This document shows positions 1 through 9,907 of a stretch of 64,000 nt of DNA, in pieces (the stretch's first letter is position 1; each line of letters opens with the position of its first letter). The translations under genes were made by a program, and so were the position numbers. Source of the DNA: Blastocatellia bacterium (lineage in GTDB: Bacteria; Acidobacteriota; Blastocatellia; UBA7656). The notes beneath the pieces are model-generated. The model was not told where the DNA came from. It was given only the letters and a program-made list of their open reading frames with translations, and searched no databases. The DNA lies in contig CAVXWP010000001.1 in NCBI GenBank assembly GCA_963765495.1, positions 736,001 through 800,000 of the forward strand. The letters are read 5' to 3'.

Positions 1-203
1 GGCGCAAGCTTGACATACTCGTATGGTTTGTACGGCTTATTGACTATCTCAAGACTCGAAAACGGCGAGATTACATCCGAATAGAACAAAAACGCGGCCA
101 GCGACACATGAAGAATCACAGAGACGGCAAGCAAAAGGATAAACCATCGACGGGGGCCTGAGCCTGCCGGCGAGAAGGTGGGAATACTTCTATCAGCTAC
201 CAT
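1..203 (-). CDS. N-terminal part of a membrane-anchored TonB/TolA-like protein (runs off the window edge)
   Basis: Manual translation from ATG at 203: MVADRSIPTFSPAGSGPRRWFILLLAVSVILHVSLAAFLFYSD..., open to position 1. Single TM helix with S-x3-H (SVILH); AGGA just upstream. Confidence 0.6.
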   Translation of the reverse strand, partial: MVADRSIPTFSPAGSGPRRWFILLLAVSVILHVSLAAFLFYSDVISPFSSLEIVNKPYKPYEYVKLA

Positions 204-240
204 CGTCCTGATCATAACTAGAACCGGCAGACGCTGGCGG

Positions 241-280
241 AAAATCAAGCGCCGAAAAATCAAGCGCCGAAAAATCAAGC
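241..280. repeat. 15-bp tandem repeat (AAAAATCAAGCGCCG), about 2.7 copies
   Basis: aaaatcaagcgccg aaaaatcaagcgccg aaaaatcaagc read directly; flanked by imperfect inverted arms. Confidence 0.85.
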
Positions 281-498
281 ACTACCAGTCCGCCTGCCCG
301 GCACCTCTACTCTAATAATACAATACGCAGAGCCGAATAGAAAAAGTGCATTTGTTTATCCGCGCATTTTGTCGCCGGATCAATCGGGCGGGTTGCAATA
401 CGGATTTGATGAGTACATCTGGAAAATATGGTATCGAAACGGACACGCGCGGCTTATCGCGTGGCGTTTGTGAGCATCTTGCGGTTCGGTAGGGTGAT

Positions 499-1545
499 TT
501 ATTTCCCGTCGTTCGGATCTTTGATTTTAGGGTCTCCCATCTCGACTTTGAATTGCTTGTAGTCGAGGAACTCAAACTTTACATCCCAGCTCAGCCCTTC
601 GAACAAAGTGAGGTCGCCGACCGGGTTGATTCGAATCAGGCTTGGGAACCATTTCCCCGTATCAAGCCGGGTTTGCTGATAGATAAGCGCTGCATTCGGG
701 TCGGGCAGAAGATGAGACTCGGCTTTTCCTTCGGCAAATTCCGTTGCGGGCCAGCCCTCAAGCCTCACCAGAACCTTATCGTCCGCATCTATCCAGACCA
801 CACCCGCGAGATCCAAAATATATCTCTTGTTGGAAGGAAGGTTTATACCGGCGCGAGGCTGAAACCGGAGGACTATAGTATCGCGACCGTCGAGCTTTTC
901 TTGTCGAGGCGAGAAAAAATCGCAGGAGTGCAGGAACTCGGAAAGATCTATCGAAACTCTCACGCGTTTACCGTGAGCGTTTCCCAGGACTCCCGCAGAT
1001 ATATAATGTGGATCGACCGCCTTCCCGTCATTTTCCCTGGTCCGTTCGGCCGCCATCAATTGCTCGCCCGCGTTCTTGCGCTCCAATCGCACCCGCCAGG
1101 GGGGCACCGGCTCGCCGTCAGTGCTCAGCTTTATGAGAACGTGTTCTCCTCGCACGGGGTAGGCCTCAAAAAGCTCAACGCTTTCGTCTTTCACCTTGCC
1201 CTGTTCGTTCAAAGTAGTCCTGACCTTTTTCAGGGTATAGGTGTAGTCGAATATGCCCTTGTGCATGGCCGCGCCATTAATCTCGCACAGACGCAAAAGT
1301 TCGGGAATATCAAAACCATTCGAACCGGGCTGTTCCGCCATTCCCTGAGCGTTGCCTGTGGCATGTTCGATTCCATCGGATGAGCGTAACCCCTGATTTT
1401 GAGGATTGCCGGTCTGGGCAAACGCGCTGATGATCGCGATTTCAAGAAACAGAGCAGGCAGGATAATAGCCGTCAGACCCGGCTTGAGGATGGATAAAAT
1501 AATCTTAGCCAGGTGCGTATAGCCTGCTAGAGGGTCCGATTTCAT
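499..1545 (-). CDS. Exported hypothetical protein, beta-rich (possibly MucB/LolA-like fold)
   Basis: Long ORF, likely start MKSDPL at 1545; hydrophobic segment ending AFA-Q; C-terminal GVVWIDADDKVLVRLEG...FEFLDYKQF pattern. Confidence 0.65.
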   Translation of the reverse strand: MKSDPLAGYTHLAKIILSILKPGLTAIILPALFLEIAIISAFAQTGNPQNQGLRSSDGIEHATGNAQGMAEQPGSNGFDIPELLRLCEINGAAMHKGIFDYTYTLKKVRTTLNEQGKVKDESVELFEAYPVRGEHVLIKLSTDGEPVPPWRVRLERKNAGEQLMAAERTRENDGKAVDPHYISAGVLGNAHGKRVRVSIDLSEFLHSCDFFSPRQEKLDGRDTIVLRFQPRAGINLPSNKRYILDLAGVVWIDADDKVLVRLEGWPATEFAEGKAESHLLPDPNAALIYQQTRLDTGKWFPSLIRINPVGDLTLFEGLSWDVKFEFLDYKQFKVEMGDPKIKDPNDGK

Positions 1546-1721
1546 AACCGCCTCTCGACTGATTAAGCCTGATTGATTCCCAGCATCTCCATAACGCAAG
1601 CGCAATTCGATCCTTACGTCACAGGTTCGTTCTTAAATATCAGCCGTATCAAGATGGCTGCGCGAAACTGCCGCAATGATAAATGAATCGAGCCGTCTGA
1701 GCAATTCGTTTTCGTTCAAAC

Positions 1722-1877
1722 CAGGGCTATTGCAAAGTCGAGCAAAAATGTAGGGGCAGCCCTTGTGGCTGCCCGAATCGCGCGTAAGCGCGATGACAGT
1801 CATCGCCCTTCGGGCGATCCGGGCAGGGACAAGCCCTGCCCCTACCATACATGTCAAGCTACTTTGCAATAGCCCTG
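1722..1877. mobile_element. MITE-like element with 17-bp perfect terminal inverted repeats, enclosing a REP doublet
   Basis: CAGGGCTATTGCAAAGT (1722-1738) and ACTTTGCAATAGCCCTG (1861-1877); no transposase inside. Confidence 0.6.
1750..1845. repeat. GTAG-type REP doublet (REPIN-like), 96 bp
   Basis: GTAGGGGCAGCCCTTGTGGCTGCCC...GGGCAGGGACAAGCCCTGCCCCTAC; near-identical copy at 63320-63415. Confidence 0.85.
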
Positions 1878-1957
1878 CGTTCAAACAGGTACTACTATGT
1901 GGAAGTTCTTCAAGGCTATTCAGTCTTTTGCCCGCAGATATTCGGCTGAAATCTCAA

Positions 1958-1991
1958 CAAAACTCAAAACTCAAAACTCAAAACTCAAAAC
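1958..1991. repeat. Heptamer tandem repeat (AAAACTC)n
   Basis: aaaactcaaaactcaaaactcaaaactcaaaac just downstream of the AKR stop codon. Confidence 0.85.
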
Positions 1992-2004
1992 TTCAGGGGG
2001 GGAG

Positions 2005-3114
2005 CTATTCGCTGGAAAAGAGTTTCATGAATTCTTCGACCGTTGCGGGTGGCAGCTTCGCTACCTGCATATTCTCTTCTACGTGGGTGCGCTGGCTCAT
2101 GCCCACAAGCGCCGTGGTCACACCGGGAGCGGATCGCACGAACTGGATGGCGCGCTGGGCATCTGAATCCAGCCCTTGCAACGCATTTGCGACGAAGGGC
2201 GGGAGATTTTGCGTCAGCCTGGATTGAAATATGGAAGCGCTCGCCATTACGGTCAGGTCGAAGCGGTTTGCGGCAAGTAGAGGCGAGAACTGTTTGTCCT
2301 CGATTGTCTGATTAGCCGTAGTGATAGCTTCCGGCATGGCAAGATTGCAGGGCAATTGGACTACGCGGAAGCGATTACTTTCGCCTCCGACCTCGCGGGC
2401 TATTTTAACCATCTCGGCAAGCGAAAGATAATCGCGCGAACCGGGTGATTGACGATATCCGTTCCACGTCGCCGTACCGTAAAATTGTATTTGCCCAAGG
2501 CTTGCGGCCTCTTCCAGAAACTCGAAAGCCGCGCGAACGCGATTTAGAAACTCTTCTCTTGTGACGCCGTCAAGTTGTGATTCAGGGTTGTGAATATAAT
2601 AGATGTCTATGGTATCAAGCCCGAGGTTTTTCAGACTGCGCGAAAGCTGATCGCTCAGATAGCCGGGCGACATGCAATGACTATCCACAATGTCTTTGAT
2701 GTCGGCCACGCCCGGCTCTATAAGGTTTTCCATCACCCAGCCGCGAGCGTCGCGCGGTGGTTCGTTTTCGAAGGGGAAAAAGCCGCCTTTGGTTGCTACG
2801 ATAATTTCGTCACGCGCAGCTCTTCCCGATTCAAATAAATTTTTGAGGGCCGCCCCTATAGCCCGCTCGCTGCGCTGAAAGCGATAATTGATGGCTGAAT
2901 CAATCACGTTGCAGCCAAGCTCCGCAGCGCGCTCGACTGCCTCCTGATACATACTGTCGGTATGGTCGTCCCAGTGGCCCAGATAAGTTCCCAGCCCTAT
3001 CGACGACATGTAGAGTTCCTGTTGCAATCGAAAATGGTCCGGGACCACCTCCGACATCATTCGCTCGGCATACCTGCGGGTTCCTTCCGGGGTCGCGCCG
3101 TTCGGTTTATTCAT
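2005..3114 (-). CDS. Aldo/keto reductase
   Basis: SSIGLGTY, IDSAINY, IIVATKGG, SLKNLGLDTIDIYYIHNPE and LVGMS motifs of the AKR family. Confidence 0.92.
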   Translation of the reverse strand: MNKPNGATPEGTRRYAERMMSEVVPDHFRLQQELYMSSIGLGTYLGHWDDHTDSMYQEAVERAAELGCNVIDSAINYRFQRSERAIGAALKNLFESGRAARDEIIVATKGGFFPFENEPPRDARGWVMENLIEPGVADIKDIVDSHCMSPGYLSDQLSRSLKNLGLDTIDIYYIHNPESQLDGVTREEFLNRVRAAFEFLEEAASLGQIQFYGTATWNGYRQSPGSRDYLSLAEMVKIAREVGGESNRFRVVQLPCNLAMPEAITTANQTIEDKQFSPLLAANRFDLTVMASASIFQSRLTQNLPPFVANALQGLDSDAQRAIQFVRSAPGVTTALVGMSQRTHVEENMQVAKLPPATVEEFMKLFSSE

Positions 3115-3132
3115 TTTCCTCTCCTCTTCTTT

Positions 3133-5475
3133 TTACTTTTCTTCGGCTGCGATCAGCGAAGAGACCTCAAGCCTGCGAGAGATCGCATTGCGCCATGCAT
3201 CTTCGACCTCGGCCACGGAGCGGTTGATTATGACCTGCCCGCCCGCGCTGATCTTCAGCCAGTCGCCGCCTGTTCGTCCTATGACAGATATGCTTGCGCC
3301 AAAACTCTCCGCAATCTTTTTTATCTGATCGAGATTATTATCGCCCGCCGTGAGGATTATTCGAGAAGGCGTTTCGGAAAACAGGAGCGCGGCCTGCGAG
3401 AGATCGCCTTCCAGATTGACCTCGCACCCCACTGCCGAGCGGCGATAACTCGAAAACGCGCACTCCGCAAGCGCCACACTCAACCCGCCGTCAGAGCAAT
3501 CGTGAGCCGATTCGACGAGTCCTTCCTGAATGATCCTCAAACACGCTTCCTGCACATTGCGTTCACGTTCAAGATCGAGGTGCGGCACGCGGCCTTCTAC
3601 TCGCCCTCCTTTTACTCGCTCGCCTTCTACTTGCCCGCGAGTAGCAAGTGCGTACTCGGTTGCGCCGAGATCGTTTTCGGTAGTGCCGAGCAGGATGATC
3701 GCGCAATCTTCGTGTTTGAACCATTGAGTAGCCGTATGGCGAATCTCTTCAATGATCCCGACCATGCCGATAACAGGGGTTGGGAATATGCCGCGCCCGT
3801 CCGTCTCGTTATAGAAACTGACGTTGCCGCCCGTGACCGGCGTCTTGAACACCTCGCAGGTTTCTCTCATCCCTTCGATGGTTTCGCTGAACTGCCACAT
3901 CACTTCGGGCCGTTCGGGCGAACCGAAATTCAAACAGTTGGTCAGAGCGACAGGCCGCGCCCCGCTTGCGACCAGATTGCGACAGGCTTCGGCTATGACG
4001 AGCCGCGCGCCCGCTCGCGGGTCTGCCTGGCAGTAGCGGGCATTGGAATCGAGCGTCATGGCGAGCGCCCGCCGCGTCTCCTTTATTCGAATAACGGCGG
4101 CGTCTGAGCCGGGCAGCGTCACCGTGTTTGTTCGCACCATGTGGTCGTACTGTCTGTAGACCCATCTCTTTGACGCGATATTTGGGGACGCGATGATTCG
4201 CATGAATGTCGCGTCGAGTTCTTCGGCGGATGTCTCCTGCTGGTCTATCTCCTCAAGCGGGACAGGGGAATCGGGCCGTTTTATCGGGCGATTATAAACG
4301 GGGGCCGCGTCGGTGAGCGCCTCGTTGGAAATATCGGCGACCGTCTCACCGCCCTGCTTTACGCGCAGGTGGCCGTCATCTGTGACGCGGCCAATGACTA
4401 CGGCGTCAAGCTCCCACTTGTTGAATATTTCGACGACCTGGCGTTCGCGTCCGGCGGCGGCCACTATCAGCATTCGCTCCTGCGATTCGCTGAGCATCAT
4501 CTCGTAGGCGGTCATGCCGGTTTCGCGTTGCGGAACCAGATCGACATCTATTTCGATGCCGGTTCCGGCGCGCGCCCCCATCTCGCAGGAAGAGCTTGTC
4601 AGACCCGCCGCTCCCATATCCTGGATGCCCACGATTGCGCCCGCGCGCATGGCTTCGAGACAGGCCTCGAGCAGGAGCTTTTCAAGAAACGGGTCGCCCA
4701 CCTGCACGGTAGGCCGTTTTGACTGGGCCTCTTCTCCGAACTCTTCGGATGCCATCGTAGCGCCGTGGATTCCGTCGCGTCCCGTCTTGGCCCCGACATA
4801 GATGACCGGGTTTCCTATGCCCGAGGCGCGACCGTAAAAAATCTGGTCCTGTCGCATTATCCCGAGAGTGAATGCATTGACCAGAGGGTTGCGCGAATAA
4901 CATCCATTGAAGCGCACCTCGCCGCCGATGGTCGGAACGCCAAAGGCATTGCCGTAATCGCCTATGCCCTTGACGACCCCGGCCATAATCGAGCGGTTTC
5001 GCGCAATCGTGGACTGCTCTTCGAGGGAAGCATCGGAGGGCGCGTCAATCGGGCCGAAATGGAGCGAGTTCATGGCGGCGAGCGGGCGCGCGCCCATCGT
5101 GAAGACATCGCGCAGTATGCCGCCCACGCCCGTGGCCGCGCCCTGATAAGGCTCGATAAACGAAGGGTGGTTGTGCGATTCGATCTTAAAGGCCGCGGCA
5201 AGGTCCCCGCCTATGTCGATTATACCGGCATTTTCGCCCGGCCCCTGAAGCACGTACTCGCCTTTCGTGGGAAGCCGTTTGAGATGAACTCGCGAAGATT
5301 TGTAAGAACAATGTTCGGACCACATGACCGAAAAGATGCCAAGCTCGGTAAAGGTGGGCGCGCGTCCGAGCAATTCCAGTATGCGGTTGTATTCGTCTTC
5401 TTTGAGACCGTGGCTGCGGATCAATTCAGGTGTGATTTCAGGTACGTTCATATCGGAATGCCTTATTCGCCTCAT
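3133..5475 (-). CDS. purL: Phosphoribosylformylglycinamidine synthase subunit PurL
   Basis: [56 protein letters not shown]; alternative start at 5451. Confidence 0.97.
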   Translation of the reverse strand: MRRIRHSDMNVPEITPELIRSHGLKEDEYNRILELLGRAPTFTELGIFSVMWSEHCSYKSSRVHLKRLPTKGEYVLQGPGENAGIIDIGGDLAAAFKIESHNHPSFIEPYQGAATGVGGILRDVFTMGARPLAAMNSLHFGPIDAPSDASLEEQSTIARNRSIMAGVVKGIGDYGNAFGVPTIGGEVRFNGCYSRNPLVNAFTLGIMRQDQIFYGRASGIGNPVIYVGAKTGRDGIHGATMASEEFGEEAQSKRPTVQVGDPFLEKLLLEACLEAMRAGAIVGIQDMGAAGLTSSSCEMGARAGTGIEIDVDLVPQRETGMTAYEMMLSESQERMLIVAAAGRERQVVEIFNKWELDAVVIGRVTDDGHLRVKQGGETVADISNEALTDAAPVYNRPIKRPDSPVPLEEIDQQETSAEELDATFMRIIASPNIASKRWVYRQYDHMVRTNTVTLPGSDAAVIRIKETRRALAMTLDSNARYCQADPRAGARLVIAEACRNLVASGARPVALTNCLNFGSPERPEVMWQFSETIEGMRETCEVFKTPVTGGNVSFYNETDGRGIFPTPVIGMVGIIEEIRHTATQWFKHEDCAIILLGTTENDLGATEYALATRGQVEGERVKGGRVEGRVPHLDLERERNVQEACLRIIQEGLVESAHDCSDGGLSVALAECAFSSYRRSAVGCEVNLEGDLSQAALLFSETPSRIILTAGDNNLDQIKKIAESFGASISVIGRTGGDWLKISAGGQVIINRSVAEVEDAWRNAISRRLEVSSLIAAEEK

Positions 5476-5643
5476 GCGGACGGAAAAGATTGACGAGTAT
5501 GCTACCCGACAGGCAATGGCTTTATCAAGTTAGGATGGAGCGAGACGTGATCGAAAACTCAAACAGGATTCACAAGATTGCCCGGAGGGGTTTCCGGGCG
5601 ATCCCGGCAGTTGAATTCAAGTCCTTGGCATCAAAGGTTGGCC

Positions 5644-6351
5644 CTAAGATGCCTTCGCAAGCTCGGCCAGCGTATCGGCCAGCGAATAAAAGACGATGCG
5701 GCCGTCGTTGCTTCCAAGCAACGCTTCGCTTGCGCGCTCGGGGTGCGGCATCAGCCCCAGCACGTTGCGCTCGCGGTTGCAAATGCCAGCGATGTTGTCG
5801 AGCGAGCCGTTTGGATTTGCATCACGCGTGATAGCGCCGTTTGCGTCCGAGTAGCGAAAGATGATGCGGTTTTCGCGCTGAAGCTCGGCAAGCGTATCGC
5901 TGTCGCAGAAATAGTTGCCATCGCCGTGGGCTATGGGAACCATCAGCACTTGATTGCGCTGACAGCGAACCGTAAACGGAGTGTCGGTGGCTTCGACGCG
6001 CATCTGAACATGCTCGCAGATAAACTTCAAATTACTGTTTCTCATAAGCGCACCGGGAAGCAATCCGGCCTCGCACAATATCTGAAAGCCGTTACAGATG
6101 CCCATCACCAGCCCGCCCTGCGAGGCGTACTCTTTTATCGCACCCATCACGGGGCTGAACCTCGCAATCGCGCCGGTCCTCAGATAATCGCCGTATGAGA
6201 ACCCACCCGGCAGTATGACCGCGTCATAGTCTGCAACGGAAGACTCGCGGTGCCAGATAAAGTCTACAGGCTGTCCGATGACTTTGCTGATGACGTGGTA
6301 TGTATCGTGATCGCAGTTGGAACCCGGAAACACTACTACTCCGAATTTCAT
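5644..6351 (-). CDS. purQ: Phosphoribosylformylglycinamidine synthase subunit PurQ (glutaminase)
   Basis: [14 protein letters not shown] start with AGGAGAGG RBS; [24 protein letters not shown]. Confidence 0.97.
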   Translation of the reverse strand: MKFGVVVFPGSNCDHDTYHVISKVIGQPVDFIWHRESSVADYDAVILPGGFSYGDYLRTGAIARFSPVMGAIKEYASQGGLVMGICNGFQILCEAGLLPGALMRNSNLKFICEHVQMRVEATDTPFTVRCQRNQVLMVPIAHGDGNYFCDSDTLAELQRENRIIFRYSDANGAITRDANPNGSLDNIAGICNRERNVLGLMPHPERASEALLGSNDGRIVFYSLADTLAELAKAS

Positions 6352-6521
6352 TCTTCTATTCCTCTCCTGGGCCTGAAAAGGGTCAGGGCCGTTATCAGGG
6401 GCTTTGGTAAGAGGCATTATCTCATGATTGGTCATTGGAATCTAGCTCTTTAAGTATTCTTATTTTGTTGCAAGTACCGTCCACAAGGGTTTTAACCTGC
6501 TTTGAGATTATTTGCGGGTCC

Positions 6522-6576
6522 TTAGGACGGCGCGTCTTTGCGAGAATCTATCGCTTGCAAAGACGCGCCGTCCTAA
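6522..6576. terminator. Long hairpin downstream of the M16 gene (terminator or REP-like palindrome)
   Basis: TTAGGACGGCGCGTCTTTGC / GCAAAGACGCGCCGTCCTAA, a 20-bp perfect stem. Confidence 0.55.
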
Positions 6577-6597
6577 ACCATTTTTAGCCCGTTGCCA

Positions 6598-9384
6598 CTA
6601 CTTCTGCCCGTCGGAGGCTGTCGCCGATTTGAGCGGCTTCCCGTCAGCGTCAATAAACCTGATCTCGCCCAACCCAAGCTGGCGAATGCCCGTTTCTATC
6701 TTTGCGCGGTCGCCTACGACTACCCACACAAGTTTATCGGGCTGGATGATGATCTTTGCCGCGGGCGAGATATTTTCGATCTTCAGCGCCCGAATCCTGC
6801 TGGCGTAGGTGTCATAGTACCTGTCATCCAATCCGTAGCTTACGATGTCGCTTATAGTGCTTGAAAGCGCGCTCATCGTTTCCCACGAGCCGGGAAGCGT
6901 CAGCGTCTTGGATGCCTGCGCCTTCTCAAGCTCATCGGCAAGGACGGGTCGCGCGCCCAGAATGCCGCGCAACTCTTTGGCAAGCTCTGCCACCGATTCT
7001 TTTGTCTTGTCGGTCTGCACCGGGGCGTAGGCGATGAACGGGCGCTGACCACGAGCGTCCATAATAAAGCTGAAGGAACCATAAGACCAGTGCTTGTCTT
7101 CTCGAAGGTTCATGTTGATTCGAGAAGTGAAATTCCCGCCGAGCAAAGCGTTCATGGTCTCGATGGCTATCTCGTCGGTGTTGGCCTTTGGAGGGGCAAG
7201 CGTTCCCGCGAGGATGATCGACTGCTCCGAGCCCGGACGATCAAGCAAATAGACGACCGGCTTTGACTGCGCCGGTACGGTTGCAAGGTTCTTGGTCGGG
7301 ACCTTGCCGGATTGCCACCCTTGAAACAGCTTTTCAAGTTTTGGCTTTATCTCGGCCATAGTCGTATCGCCTACGACGACAAGAGTCGCGTTATTTGGCT
7401 TAAACCAGGTGTCGTGCATCTTTGCCAGGTCCTGCCGTGTGAGTTTTGATACCGACTCTTCGGTCCCCGATCCGGTCAGCGGATTGCTGTAGGCGTGTCC
7501 CGCGCCGTAAAGCAATCCGGGCAACACCCTGAGCGCCATATAAATCGGCTGAACCTTCTCCTGTTGAATGCTGACAAGTTGCTGCTTTTGCTGACGAGAA
7601 AAATCATCCTGCGGAAACGCGGGATTGAGGATTACATCGGCAAAGATGTCGAGCGAAGGATCGAGATTCTCCTTGAGCGCCGATAGATTAACTCTCGATG
7701 TATCGAGGTCTGAACTCGTCCGCAAATTGGCTCCAAGCATTGCAAGCTCTTCGCTGATCTGTAGGGCGGTGCGCCGTTTTGTTCCCTCATCGAGCATGCT
7801 CATCGTCAGGTCGGCAGTGCCCGGAACCCCGAATTGATCTGAGGCATAACCCGCATCTATCAGAAGCTCGAAATTGACCTGGGGAATCGAGTGGCGCTCG
7901 GCCAGAACGATTTTGAGCCCGTTGGCAAGTTCTGCGCGCTCAAGGGCAGGGAATTTCGCTTCTGGCGGCTTGCCTGCATCCGGGAGTTTCGAGCGATCAA
8001 CACCCGACTCCGCGGCTTCGTATTCCGGGAAAGGATGAACCTCTAATATATACACTCCATCCGAAAGCCAGCGCGTGGCGGCAGCTTTCAAATCCGTGGG
8101 GGTGGCATCGGCTACGCGTTTGAGCGTGGTCTTGTAATAATCCGGGCTGTCCCCGAAGACCTGATTCACAGCCAGCACATCAGACTTGCCGCCGAAGCCG
8201 CCTATCCGCTCGATGCTGCGGATAAAATTGGCTCGATACTGTGTCTTGACTCGTTGCAGTTCTTCCGGGGTCGGCCCCTCGGCGAGAAATCGAGACATCT
8301 CTTCATCTATTGCCCGCTCGATTTTTTCAAGCGACTCGCCGGGCCGCGCCGTTGCCTGTATGAAAAACAGCCCGCCGATTTCGGGCAGGTATGTCTCGAC
8401 CTCAACCTCGCTCGCGATCTGATCGTCATAAACCAGCCGCTTGTAAAGCCGCGAGGTCTTTCCCGAAGCCAGGATATTGCTTACGAGGGTAAGGTAATTT
8501 GCGTCGGCGGTTCCCCATTGCGGGATGTTCCAGAATTTGTATATTCGCGCCTGCGGAACGCGGTCCTGCATCTGCTGGCGATGCGTGCCGGTTCGTTTGG
8601 CTATCCAGGCATCCTGCTTGGCGATAGGGGGGCCGGGAGGAATATCGCCGAAGTATTTCTCGACCTTCTCTTTCGCGGTCTTTGCATCTATGTCTCCGGC
8701 TATGACTATAGTGGCGTTTGCGGGGCCGTAATAGGTGCGGAACCATTCGCGCACATCCTCAAGGCTTGCGGCGTTGAGGTCTTCCATCGAGCCTATAACT
8801 TCCCACGAATATGGATGCCCTGCCGGGTAGAGGTTTGGCGTAGCGACGGAGAATACCTTGCCGTAAGGCTCGTTTTCGCCCTGTCGCTTCTCGTTTTGAA
8901 CCACGCCGCGTTGCTCGTCGAGTCTTTCCTGCGAGATCGCTCCCAGAAGGTGCCCCATGCGATCCGACTCCATCCACAACGCTACGTCCAGAGATGAAGA
9001 CGGGACATTTTCGAAATAGTTTGTGCGGTCTTCGTTTGTAGTGCCATTCATATCGGTTGCGCCTATGCGCTCGAACGGCTGAAAGTAATCGTCGTTGAAA
9101 TTTTCGCTGCCGTTGAACATCAGGTGCTCGAACAGATGAGCAAAGCCGGTCTTGCCGGGTTTCTCATTCTTTGAGCCTACGTGGTACCAGATATTGACGG
9201 CCACAATCGGCGCTTTGTGATCTTCGTGAACGATGAGCGTCAACCCGTTTTTGAGCACGAATTTCTGATAAGGGATATCAATCTCTGCTTTGCCGGAATT
9301 CTGAACCGGCGCTGAATAGGTTGCCTGACTTAACAGGATGATTAGCGAAAGAGCGATAACCGCCCTTGCAGTGCGTAGGTACAT
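6598..9384 (-). CDS. Secreted M16 (insulinase/pitrilysin-family) zinc protease, two fused M16 halves
   Basis: Signal peptide; inverted zinc motif GFAHLFEHLMF; second half has the LREDKHWSYG R/Y motif. Confidence 0.95.
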   Translation of the reverse strand: MYLRTARAVIALSLIILLSQATYSAPVQNSGKAEIDIPYQKFVLKNGLTLIVHEDHKAPIVAVNIWYHVGSKNEKPGKTGFAHLFEHLMFNGSENFNDDYFQPFERIGATDMNGTTNEDRTNYFENVPSSSLDVALWMESDRMGHLLGAISQERLDEQRGVVQNEKRQGENEPYGKVFSVATPNLYPAGHPYSWEVIGSMEDLNAASLEDVREWFRTYYGPANATIVIAGDIDAKTAKEKVEKYFGDIPPGPPIAKQDAWIAKRTGTHRQQMQDRVPQARIYKFWNIPQWGTADANYLTLVSNILASGKTSRLYKRLVYDDQIASEVEVETYLPEIGGLFFIQATARPGESLEKIERAIDEEMSRFLAEGPTPEELQRVKTQYRANFIRSIERIGGFGGKSDVLAVNQVFGDSPDYYKTTLKRVADATPTDLKAAATRWLSDGVYILEVHPFPEYEAAESGVDRSKLPDAGKPPEAKFPALERAELANGLKIVLAERHSIPQVNFELLIDAGYASDQFGVPGTADLTMSMLDEGTKRRTALQISEELAMLGANLRTSSDLDTSRVNLSALKENLDPSLDIFADVILNPAFPQDDFSRQQKQQLVSIQQEKVQPIYMALRVLPGLLYGAGHAYSNPLTGSGTEESVSKLTRQDLAKMHDTWFKPNNATLVVVGDTTMAEIKPKLEKLFQGWQSGKVPTKNLATVPAQSKPVVYLLDRPGSEQSIILAGTLAPPKANTDEIAIETMNALLGGNFTSRINMNLREDKHWSYGSFSFIMDARGQRPFIAYAPVQTDKTKESVAELAKELRGILGARPVLADELEKAQASKTLTLPGSWETMSALSSTISDIVSYGLDDRYYDTYASRIRALKIENISPAAKIIIQPDKLVWVVVGDRAKIETGIRQLGLGEIRFIDADGKPLKSATASDGQK

Positions 9385-9435
9385 CGTAGCCTCCTTAAAC
9401 TTTTTACAAATGCGGCCTCGTGATGCAGGTTTTTC

Positions 9436-9464
9436 ACTCTAACCCTGACCCGCGTGTCTGTCAA
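9436..9464 (-). promoter_or_regulatory. Putative sigma70 promoter for the M16 protease
   Basis: Minus strand TTGACA-N17-TAGAGT. Confidence 0.55.
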
Positions 9465-9526
9465 ATCGGCCCGGTTATGACGATAAGCGCGGTGATGAAA
9501 AATACAACATGCATCACAAACAGCGT

Positions 9527-9555
9527 TTGACCGAGAAAGGATTGAGGGCTAAAAT
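9527..9555 (+). promoter_or_regulatory. Putative sigma70 promoter for the small basic protein
   Basis: TTGACC-N17-TAAAAT, divergent from the M16 promoter. Confidence 0.6.
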
Positions 9556-9599
9556 GCCTGCCAAACCGGGTTTTGATATAAAAGACGCCCGGCTGATAC

Positions 9600-9785
9600 T
9601 TGAGCAAAAGGAGATTGAGCAAAGATATGAGAGAACGTGAGCGTGAGATAAAACGCCGCCGCCACCGTTATGAAAAGCGCAAGAAGCTACTTGCAAGACT
9701 TGCTTCGGCCGAGACGGATGAGCAGAGGCGCGAGATTCAAGAGAAGATCCGCAAGACCTATCCGAAATACACCTCTGAGATCTGA
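9600..9785 (+). CDS. Small basic helical protein (DUF6800-like)
   Basis: REREIKRRRHRYEKRKKLLARLASAETDEQRREIQEKIRKTYP; own promoter; the start may be the ATG at 9627 after AAGGAG. Confidence 0.7.
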   Translation: MSKRRLSKDMREREREIKRRRHRYEKRKKLLARLASAETDEQRREIQEKIRKTYPKYTSEI

Positions 9786-9807
9786 GGCTGCAAGGGAGAC
9801 AAAAAAT

Positions 9808-9852
9808 CGGGCAGGCAACATCGCTTGAAAAAACGCGCAACGTCGCCTGCCC
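9808..9852. terminator. Hairpin between convergent genes (possible bidirectional terminator)
   Basis: GGGCAGGC...GCCTGCCC arms preceded by an A-run. Confidence 0.45.
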
Positions 9853-9907
9853 CGTGGATGAATTCGACCTCTGGTCGGCTTCTTTGAGAAGATGCCTCTT
9901 CCGCCAG

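Noticed and set aside
241-280. Direct repeats as a possible CRISPR array
   Set aside because: The 15-bp units are contiguous with no spacers, and no cas genes are present.
1633-2227. Short ORFs spanning the REP/MITE and heptamer repeats
   Set aside because: Their translations (VGAGLVPA, KLKTQNS) are simply repeat read-through.
2962-4107. 381-aa plus-strand ORF (likewise 553-1383, 4765-5493, 44182-45138)
   Set aside because: Antisense to well-supported genes; long shadow ORFs are expected at this GC content.
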